A DNA stretch of 24,967 nt from a virus (Duplodnaviria > Caudoviricetes), in the IMG/VR virus record IMGVR_UViG_3300008255_000450, positions 1 through 24,967 of that record; one strand, written 5' to 3'. A program made the position numbers and the translations under genes. Below the pieces are notes generated by a model. The model was not told the DNA's origin, made no database searches, and worked only from the letters and a program-made list of their open reading frames with translations. Below are positions 1 to 6,168 of the stretch, piece after piece (position 1 is the stretch's first letter; each line of letters starts with the position of its first letter).

Positions 1-453
1 GTAGCCGTCCTTACGATCCTCGTCAAGCATGGGCTCAGCGATTTGAACGTCGCACAGGTCCCCGTTGATCGAAATCTCCTCCGACCAAAGTGCCTCAAGA
101 TCATAGGTCAGGTTGGCGCCGCACTTGGGCTGAGCACCAGCAAGCTGGTGCTTTGCATAAGCAAGAGCCTGGGCGGGATCGACGTTGTCCTCGCTATGGC
201 GGATTGGCAGGTAAATCTTGGTCCCGTCTTCGGCCGCAAGACTTATGCCACAGACGTGGGCGTCCTTCCGAATGAACCCCGGTCCCATTGTCTGGAGGTT
301 GGGATCATGTGTCTCAGTGTCGACCCCGATGATCTTTGCATGGGACCTGAAGTCAGGCCATTGGCTCGGTGGCAGTGGTTGCCACGAGCTTTCAGGGAGG
401 AACAGTGGAAGTTGGATATGGCCCGACGATGAGGCCGGCTTACGCTTGGCCAT
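1..453 (-). CDS. DNA polymerase family A (PolI-like), N-terminal 3'-5' exonuclease domain; runs off the window edge
   Basis: Not in the ORF track because it has no stop in the window. My translation from ATG 453 reads MAKRKPASSSGHIQLPLFLPESSWQPLPPSQWPDFRSHAKIIGVDTETHDPNL...IYLPIRH...GANLTYDLEAL...DVQIAEPMLDEDRKDGY. It contains ExoI (DTET), YxPxxH, ExoII (NxxYDL) and DxxIAxxLLDE-like motifs of PolA proofreading domains. Overlaps the deaminase end by 14 nt. Confidence 0.85.
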   Translation of the reverse strand, partial: MAKRKPASSSGHIQLPLFLPESSWQPLPPSQWPDFRSHAKIIGVDTETHDPNLQTMGPGFIRKDAHVCGISLAAEDGTKIYLPIRHSEDNVDPAQALAYAKHQLAGAQPKCGANLTYDLEALWSEEISINGDLCDVQIAEPMLDEDRKDGY

Positions 454-946
454 GAACCCACCGGCGTCCTTGAGCTTCCCACAGTTCGCGAGCTGCTGAG
501 TGTGGGTATTCTTCGAGGAACACGATTTCCTGGCATGACGTGTTGAGCAACAGCTTGGTGCACGTCACGCAAGGCGAGGCAGTGACGTAGGCCGTCACAA
601 TCTCATGAACGTTCTTGCACTGAAGCAAGGCGTTCTGCTCTGCGTGAATTGCGTGGCACCCGTCAAGGTTTATGCCTGACGGTGCGTCGGCACCCGGGCA
701 GGCATGAGGGTGCTCAACAGTATAGGAGCGATGAACCAACGGACTGGTCCCGTCGTCGTATTCGACGAACGACCGGGTCTCGAGATTGCAATGCGCCACC
801 CCCACAGCCACTCCGTTGTAACCGGTTGCAATGACGTGCTTGTGCTGGTTGACAAGCACACATCCCACATGGCGCCGGATGCATGTGCTCCTTGTCGCCA
901 CAAGCTGGGCCATGCGCAAGAAGTATTCTGTGGAGGTGGGTCGCAT
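440..946 (-). CDS. dCMP deaminase family (Zn-dependent)
   Basis: Motifs RSTCxRRxVGC, ATGYNG, HAEQNA and PCxxC. Start chosen at ATG 946, 2 nt after the upstream gene's stop. Confidence 0.93.
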   Translation of the reverse strand: MRPTSTEYFLRMAQLVATRSTCIRRHVGCVLVNQHKHVIATGYNGVAVGVAHCNLETRSFVEYDDGTSPLVHRSYTVEHPHACPGADAPSGINLDGCHAIHAEQNALLQCKNVHEIVTAYVTASPCVTCTKLLLNTSCQEIVFLEEYPHSAARELWEAQGRRWVHGQA

Positions 947-948
947 CG

Positions 949-1752
949 TTATTCTCCGCTCTTGAGGAACATCTTTCGTGCCCCGGAACCTTCGGCGTAG
1001 ACCCAAAGGGTATCGATCAGCTCGCCGGGTATTGCCATCGAGTCGATTTGCTCCGTGACAGACGGGCCCGAGTCCGGGACTGCTTCAGCCGTGTTCAGGA
1101 TCCGTTCTACCGCATCAAAGTTGCGCTCGTAAATATGCTGCGACCCGGCAAAAAGCGTCAGGGTCCCGGCGCCGACGTGGACATCGTAGTGCTCGCGCAG
1201 GAGCAGGCGGATGTAGTGCGTCAGCATGGCGAAGTTGAAGATGTCATACGGCCAACCAAGCCACAGGTCGGACGAACGCATCGTGTCGACGCAGTGGATG
1301 ACGCCGTCGCGAATGAACCACTGCGCAGAAATCGTGCAGGGCACGTCCTTGGTCTGGCCGGGCTTTTCCCGCCAGATGGTGAGGACCGCTTGGCGCGTGT
1401 CGTTGTCTTCCGCGAGCTTCTGGCAGACGTAGGAAAGCTGCTCGATGATCTTGGGACCGTAGGCCCCGAAGTAGAAAACGCCGTCGTCGCTGAAGTCCTT
1501 GATGTGTCGGGCGAACGGACTGATAGTCGACACCCGGTTGTCGCCCGAAAGTATCCACGCAGCCTCAGCGGCCATGAATTTGTAGCCCAGATCCCTGAGG
1601 GGTTCGACCACGATTGGCTGGTCAAGGTCGATGGTCGCGGCGCAAGCCAGGACTTCCTTGATCTTCATGCCCCGGGGTGCGGACTCGTGGCCCTGGTAGT
1701 AGACGCGATGCAGCAGGTCAAGCCACGCCGAGGTTGCGGAAGGAGCTTTCAT
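949..1752 (-). CDS. Thymidylate-synthase-superfamily enzyme, probably a dCMP 5-(hydroxy)methylase
   Basis: Motifs AEAAWILSG, GAYGP, DTRQA, catalytic PC (C139), MRSSD-x7-D170 and SQHIYE. Asp replaces the Asn found in dUMP-specific TS. Confidence 0.88.
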   Translation of the reverse strand: MKAPSATSAWLDLLHRVYYQGHESAPRGMKIKEVLACAATIDLDQPIVVEPLRDLGYKFMAAEAAWILSGDNRVSTISPFARHIKDFSDDGVFYFGAYGPKIIEQLSYVCQKLAEDNDTRQAVLTIWREKPGQTKDVPCTISAQWFIRDGVIHCVDTMRSSDLWLGWPYDIFNFAMLTHYIRLLLREHYDVHVGAGTLTLFAGSQHIYERNFDAVERILNTAEAVPDSGPSVTEQIDSMAIPGELIDTLWVYAEGSGARKMFLKSGE

Positions 1753-2746
1753 TCCATGTCTCCGGTTTCAGATTGAACTTACGGGCGATGTTGCCCATCT
1801 CGATATGCCCCTCAGCCGAGTGGAAACGGCGATACCACTGCGGGTGTGCCATGGTCCAGTCGGCGTGTTGGTCGAGCTTGTGAAGCGCGCGTTGCGCTTC
1901 GCATCCCATCGGGATGATGTGCTTGGGGCAGATGTCCTCGATCATCGCTGACGTTATCTGCAGCCGGCCGTTGCTGTCATGGGCGTTGACCCAGGCCAGC
2001 TTATATTCAGGGATGCCAGCCCTGTGCAGTGCCGCTGTGAGCCAGTCTGATGAGTGGCCAAGATCAAAGAACGGCCAGACCGGTCGACGAGTCTTTTGGT
2101 TCGATTTGTCCCCAACGAGCAGAACATCGGGGCAAACCAGCTGACCAGCTGCCCGGCGATCGTTGACGTCAAGGGCGAAGCTAGACTGGTGGCAATGCCA
2201 GTCGTAAGACGCTTGGATGATGTGCTCCACGGTCAGGGCGAAGTCTTCCGGGGACTTGGCGTCACGCATGAAGTCGTAGGGCATGAAGTCCATGCGACCT
2301 TTCATGGTGTGGTGCCAATCGCGGAACAGATCGTAGACCTTGGTCATGGAGTCATACATCTCGACCCGTTCGCCCTTGAGGCGATTGAAGTGTTCGATGT
2401 AGGCTTGACGGTTGTCCGGCTGAGCCAAGACATAGAACACCCGGTGCTTGAGTCCGACCCGGTCGAGCATCTTGTGCATCCACGGCCAACGTGTGCCGCC
2501 GCGGAACGCGGCGGCATACACCAGCTCGGATGCCCACCAGCGGTCAAGGATCACAGGACCCTCAGCCGCGTATTTCAAGCACTGTTCGATCGCCGCCCAG
2601 TGATAGAGATACATGTGGTCCGGCCAACGATAGGTCAGGTGCAGATACTTGGCGCCAAGCCTTTCGCACAGTGCGTTGGCAAGCGTCGTCTTGCCGGTGC
2701 CGTCAGGTCCCTCGATGACGATGATGGGATGAAGCGCCTGAGTCAT
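1718..2746 (-). CDS. dNMP (thymidylate-kinase-like) P-loop kinase fused to a C-terminal UDG-superfamily-like domain
   Basis: N-terminal IIVIEGPDGTGKTT and VILDRWWASELVY. C-terminal VLLVGD...WPF...SSDWL...WVNA...PKHIIPMGCEA...HPQWYRR follows the motif order of UDG family 4/5. Confidence 0.8.
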   Translation of the reverse strand: MTQALHPIIVIEGPDGTGKTTLANALCERLGAKYLHLTYRWPDHMYLYHWAAIEQCLKYAAEGPVILDRWWASELVYAAAFRGGTRWPWMHKMLDRVGLKHRVFYVLAQPDNRQAYIEHFNRLKGERVEMYDSMTKVYDLFRDWHHTMKGRMDFMPYDFMRDAKSPEDFALTVEHIIQASYDWHCHQSSFALDVNDRRAAGQLVCPDVLLVGDKSNQKTRRPVWPFFDLGHSSDWLTAALHRAGIPEYKLAWVNAHDSNGRLQITSAMIEDICPKHIIPMGCEAQRALHKLDQHADWTMAHPQWYRRFHSAEGHIEMGNIARKFNLKPETWNESSFRNLGVA

Positions 2747-3318
2747 TCGAACAAGGTCCCTTGGCCTGAAGGTTTGTCGTTCAGCTGAGGCTCGACGCCC
2801 TTGGCCTTGAACAGCGCTTTGATGAGGTCAGCATGCGTCGGTGGCTTCCAGCCCTCAGGCTTGACGACGTCAAACGTGGACCCGCGCTTGCTGTCCTCGA
2901 CCCGCTCTGTCCGGACCTTTGCCATGTTCGCTTGCTGGACACGGATCCAGCCCGGCGCAAAGGCTGGCAAAAGCCCCTGCAGAAGCAGCGTGCCCAACGC
3001 AACATAGATCAGGTCGATGATCGCATCGAGCTGCTTTTCGAGATCACCCTCGGCCGCAGCTTCGGCGTATTCGTCCAGCTCCTCCTGCATGAACTTGACC
3101 CGAAATGACAGCAGGTCATCCCCCAGTGTCCGAGGCGGACCGTCATAGGCCAGCCGGAACTTCTCGTGGAATTCCGTGATGTCGCCGGTCAGGTGTGCGA
3201 GACGTTCGCGGAGGAGCTTGGTCATGGGGCGCATTGCTGCACCCTTGGCGTGATCCGGCCAGTGGGGTGCTGCAGCCTCGATCAGTTCCTTGGCAAGTTG
3301 CCATTGAAGGTCAGCCAT
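2743..3318 (-). CDS. MazG-like / all-alpha NTP pyrophosphohydrolase (DR2231/PRA-PH-like)
   Basis: Motifs EFHEKF, MQEELDEY, DAIIDLIYVALGT, VQQANMAK and KPEGWKPP. Start at ATG 3318 overlaps the methyltransferase end. Confidence 0.88.
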   Translation of the reverse strand: MADLQWQLAKELIEAAAPHWPDHAKGAAMRPMTKLLRERLAHLTGDITEFHEKFRLAYDGPPRTLGDDLLSFRVKFMQEELDEYAEAAAEGDLEKQLDAIIDLIYVALGTLLLQGLLPAFAPGWIRVQQANMAKVRTERVEDSKRGSTFDVVKPEGWKPPTHADLIKALFKAKGVEPQLNDKPSGQGTLFE

Positions 3319-4213
3319 TGAGCTCCTCCCACTTCGCGCTGCTGGTCCACGGACCGGGAACCTCGGCGAGCGGCGGGAACTGGCGGACGTAGCCACCACG
3401 TGCCGGCCGGACTTCCCACATTGCGTTGCGGCTGAGCTGCGGATACATCGGCGCAAAGATCGTGGCGAGGTAGTTGCTGTCGTAGAATTCCGACAGCTTG
3501 TCCCAGATGACCGGGCCGTGCTCCTTGATCAGGACAGCCTTGTAGTCCTTCTGCGAGGCGAACGTGCCCCACTTGCCGGTGATTTCGAACCCCAGATCTT
3601 CGAGCATTGCGCCGAACGCTTGGTAGGTGATTTCGCTGACGTGATTGGCTGCGGCGCCGGTTTGCGCGTCATAGCACGGGGTCGACAGGAAGGCGCGGGG
3701 ATCGCTGCCAGGTTTCTGGTCGATGTAGGCTTGGAGGATGTCGAGGATCACCTGCGAAATCTGCCGGCAATGCCCGGGTTCAACATGCTCGAGGACTTCG
3801 AAGCAGGTGATGACATTCGGCAGCTTATGCAAGGCAATCTCGGCGATGTCGATCCCGTCCTCATTGACGCAGATGTGCTTGCCGGCATCGATGTTGCCGT
3901 AGGCGTGGACCGGCATCTTGCCGGTGTGGAACATGTCCATCTTGAACTTGCCGGGGTTGTTGTAGTCAACCCCGACGTATTCCTCGACGATCAGCCGGCT
4001 GGAATAGAGCAGGCGTGCGAGCGGAAGATCGACGCCGCAGCCGATGTCCAGGACACGGGTCGTCTTGTAACGCCCGGACTTCTGGACGTGCTTTGCCACG
4101 TGTGTCCAGCGCAGGCAGTGGGCGATGTAGTCGCGATGGATGAACCCGCGCTCCTCGGCTTGGTCGATTGACAGGTGTGTGTTGTCAATCGCTTTTCCAC
4201 GGTCGTTTGCCAT
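3311..4213 (-). CDS. Class I SAM-dependent methyltransferase of small-molecule (UbiG-like) type
   Basis: Motifs VLDIGCG, YVGVD, CFEVLEHV, FLSTP and NHVSE. No DPPY/SPPY or PC motif of DNA methyltransferases. Confidence 0.88.
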   Translation of the reverse strand: MANDRGKAIDNTHLSIDQAEERGFIHRDYIAHCLRWTHVAKHVQKSGRYKTTRVLDIGCGVDLPLARLLYSSRLIVEEYVGVDYNNPGKFKMDMFHTGKMPVHAYGNIDAGKHICVNEDGIDIAEIALHKLPNVITCFEVLEHVEPGHCRQISQVILDILQAYIDQKPGSDPRAFLSTPCYDAQTGAAANHVSEITYQAFGAMLEDLGFEITGKWGTFASQKDYKAVLIKEHGPVIWDKLSEFYDSNYLATIFAPMYPQLSRNAMWEVRPARGGYVRQFPPLAEVPGPWTSSAKWEELNG

Positions 4214-4449
4214 TAACTGATGTCCCTTTCCTCTTGCTCACCGCACTTGCGGCACTCGTAGACACGATCGGTCAAGCCACCATAGCCGGTGGGCTCGAAC
4301 TCATGTTGGCAGGTCTCGCGCTGCTCGTGCAACGCAAGTGCCTTTTCAAATTGCTGTTTTTGGTAAACAGACGGAAAGCGGGCTACATCATCCTCGAACC
4401 ACCCCTGGTGGATGTCAACAAGCCGCTTAACTAACTGGGCGTCTGCCAT
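4213..4449 (-). CDS. Hypothetical protein with C-terminal CxH...CxxC zinc ribbon
   Basis: GGAG RBS before ATG 4449; contains CQHEF...YECRKCG; TAATG overlap with the methyltransferase. Confidence 0.7.
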   Translation of the reverse strand: MADAQLVKRLVDIHQGWFEDDVARFPSVYQKQQFEKALALHEQRETCQHEFEPTGYGGLTDRVYECRKCGEQEERDIS

Positions 4450-4474
4450 AGAAAATCTCCGCTCTAACGTGGTT

Positions 4475-4504
4475 GACATTAAGCTAGTCAAGTCGAGTTG
4501 TAAA
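4475..4504 (-). promoter_or_regulatory. Sigma70-like promoter for the nucleotide-modification/polymerase operon
   Basis: TTTACA-N17-TAATGT on the minus strand, with a TTGAC-N9-GTCAA inverted repeat over the -10. Confidence 0.6.
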
Positions 4505-4540
4505 CCCGCTGCAAGTTTGGCTGGTCATCTAGCCGATGCT

Positions 4541-4570
4541 GAAACGGGGCCCGTGGGCCCCGTATTTCTT
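4541..4570 (-). terminator. Intrinsic terminator-like hairpin
   Basis: ACGGGGCC-N4-GGCCCCGT just after the stop of 4575..4766, with short T runs on both strands. Confidence 0.6.
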
Positions 4571-4574
4571 AAGC

Positions 4575-4766
4575 TTACGCCCAGAAGTCCGCAGACTCCA
4601 TGGTGATGGTGTAGTCAGCCGAGGTGTTGCCCAGGCCGTCGTCACGATCGGCAGCGATCAGGGCAAGGCGGGTAGCTTCAACCGTGCTGCGGTTGCGGGC
4701 GCGCTTAAGGATCACCTTGGCGCCGTTGTTGTTCCCGCGGAGGATGTAGATGAAACCTGCAAACAT
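4575..4766 (-). CDS. Small hypothetical protein (63 aa)
   Basis: GGAG RBS, its own repeated promoter upstream and a terminator downstream. Confidence 0.65.
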   Translation of the reverse strand: MFAGFIYILRGNNNGAKVILKRARNRSTVEATRLALIAADRDDGLGNTSADYTITMESADFWA

Positions 4767-4780
4767 AATCAATCTCCGTA

Positions 4781-4839
4781 TTCGCTCTTGATGATCCTTT
4801 CTACGATGGATTGCAGGCTATGTAAACACCTAATTGCAA
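4781..4839 (-). promoter_or_regulatory. Repeated early promoter plus conserved leader, copy 1
   Basis: TGCA...TTTACA-N17-TAGAAA-GGATCATCAAGAGCGAA. Confidence 0.75.
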
Positions 4840-4840
4840 G

Positions 4841-4876
4841 AAAAAGAAACCCCGCCACCTTTTCAGGTAACGGGGC
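4841..4876 (-). terminator. Rho-independent terminator
   Basis: GCCCCGTTACCT-GAAA-AGGTGGCGGGGT followed by TTCTTTTTC. Confidence 0.8.
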
Positions 4877-4908
4877 TTCCCGAGCGCAAGCGAGACCGGG
4901 GTTGGGGA

Positions 4909-5262
4909 TCAGCTCGCCGCGGCTTCGGCCTTGGCCGGCTGACCGCCGGCGGCCTTCTTCGAACCGCCGGTGGACTTGGCGGGCTTCTCGGCGTCGGAGG
5001 CTTCCGACTCCTTGACGACGTCGATGATGCCGGCTTCCTGCAGGCGCGGCTGGTAATAGCTGACCACGCGGCCGACGTCCTGGCGGGTGTTGAGCTTGCC
5101 GGAGCTCTCGAGCTCCTTCACCAGGTCGGTGCGATCGATCGGCTTGCCGAGCCCGACCTTGGTGACGATCGTTTCGACGATGGTCACGGCCTGGGGCGAC
5201 TGCTTGTCCTTGTTCTCGCCTTCGGTGACGATGGCGCGGGTCACGGTGATGAGGGTCTTCAT
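4909..5262 (-). CDS. Putative winged-helix-like DNA-binding protein (paralog A) with Ala/Lys-rich tail
   Basis: AAAGGA RBS. SPQAVTIV...SGKLNTRQDVGRVVSYYQPRLQEAGII is shared with two neighbouring proteins. Confidence 0.7.
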   Translation of the reverse strand: MKTLITVTRAIVTEGENKDKQSPQAVTIVETIVTKVGLGKPIDRTDLVKELESSGKLNTRQDVGRVVSYYQPRLQEAGIIDVVKESEASDAEKPAKSTGGSKKAAGGQPAKAEAAAS

Positions 5263-5293
5263 GGTGTAATTCCTTTCTGCGTGTCGTAGGTGT

Positions 5294-5335
5294 TCCGACA
5301 AGACCCAGCCTATCTTGTCGGAGGTTGTGTGTAAA
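5294..5335 (-). promoter_or_regulatory. Sigma70-like promoter with a 10-bp inverted repeat over the -10
   Basis: TTTACA-N17-TAGGCT; TCCGACAAGA-N9-TCTTGTCGGA. Confidence 0.6.
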
Positions 5336-5364
5336 CCGCTGACTGGCGCGGTAGGCTTGGTCAC

Positions 5365-5925
5365 TTACGCGTTGGCATTCCGGACACCGAGTGCCTCGAG
5401 GAGCCGGCGGTAGTAGGCGAACAGGTTCGCTGGCGGGATCTTGGACGAGATCATCCCGGCTTCCATCGCGAGGCTGACGATCGTCACGCCCTGCTCCGAG
5501 GTGTCCACGTCCGTGATGTGGTAGGTGCGCATAAACTTGAGGATCAGCTTCACCTGGTTGGGCGCGGCTTCGACAGCCTGACGGTAACCTTCCGTCCACG
5601 TCCGCTCATCGGCAACCGCCGGATCAAGGAAGTAGAACTTGCGGCGGAAGGGCACGTTGCGCGAGAGGTTCTTGCCGCGGCGGATGACGTTGCCGTCGTC
5701 GTCGCGATCGTTGTTCGACGGCCGGCGGCGCTTGAGCGCGATCAGTTCTTCACGCGCCTGGACGACCTCAGCCTCAGTGGCGCCGGCGATCACGTCTTCG
5801 ATCTGTTCGACGGCGGCGATGGCTTCGATCAGCTGCGACCGGTTCATGTCATGGCGGCCGGTGATGGACAGCTCGCCAGCCTTGGCAAGCAGTTCCTTCT
5901 TGGTCATTTCGTTCAGGTTGGTCAT
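5365..5925 (-). CDS. Rho_N-like N-terminal domain protein with C-terminal paralog domain (paralog B)
   Basis: N-terminal LNEMTKKELLAKAGELSITGRHDMNRSQLIEAI matches the Rho_N pattern. C-terminal PNQVKLI...AGMISSKIPPANLFAYYRRLLEALGV. GGAG RBS. Confidence 0.72.
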   Translation of the reverse strand: MTNLNEMTKKELLAKAGELSITGRHDMNRSQLIEAIAAVEQIEDVIAGATEAEVVQAREELIALKRRRPSNNDRDDDGNVIRRGKNLSRNVPFRRKFYFLDPAVADERTWTEGYRQAVEAAPNQVKLILKFMRTYHITDVDTSEQGVTIVSLAMEAGMISSKIPPANLFAYYRRLLEALGVRNANA

Positions 5926-5939
5926 GTCAGTCTCCATTC

Positions 5940-6016
5940 TTCGCTCTGTGGTCACGCTCGCTGCGTGATGATCCCTTCTATGCCGGGTCGCAGGGTATGT
6001 AAATAGCCTTTTTGCA
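5940..6016 (-). promoter_or_regulatory. Repeated early promoter plus leader, copy 2
   Basis: TGCA...TTTACA-N17-TAGAAG-GGATCATCA, then a hairpin insert and AGAGCGAA. Confidence 0.7.
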
Positions 6017-6080
6017 GAAAAATGCAGCCAACGCACTTTTTTTCCGACATGGCCACGGGGCACATGCCAAATCTAGCGTG

Positions 6081-6160
6081 TTTACATCTACCCGAAAATG
6101 ATGCAGATTACAAACCTCATACGTCGCCACGCCGGCAGCGTGGTATATAGAGCGAAGAAA
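6081..6160 (+). promoter_or_regulatory. Putative rightward promoter/leader for the primase-helicase cassette
   Basis: TTTACA-N17-CAGATT; also TG-G-TATATA and AGAGCGAA before ATG 6169. Confidence 0.45.
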
Positions 6161-6168
6161 GAAGGGGC

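Noticed and set aside
949-1752. Canonical thyA call
   Set aside because: Asp at the specificity position and divergent motifs argue against a plain dUMP methylase.
883-4171. Long plus-strand ORFs (883..1776, 2054..2788, 3518..4171)
   Set aside because: Antisense to clearly recognisable enzymes; typical of GC-rich DNA.
3311-4213. DNA methyltransferase of a restriction-modification system
   Set aside because: No DPPY/NPPY/SPPY or PC motif and no endonuclease nearby.
4781-4790. CGCTCTT resembling lambda boxA in the repeated leader
   Set aside because: It lies on the strand antisense to the predicted transcripts, so it would not be present in the RNA.
4769-5599. 276-aa Arg/His-rich minus-strand ORF
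   Set aside because: Off-frame overlap of two better-supported genes; it crosses a terminator and a promoter.
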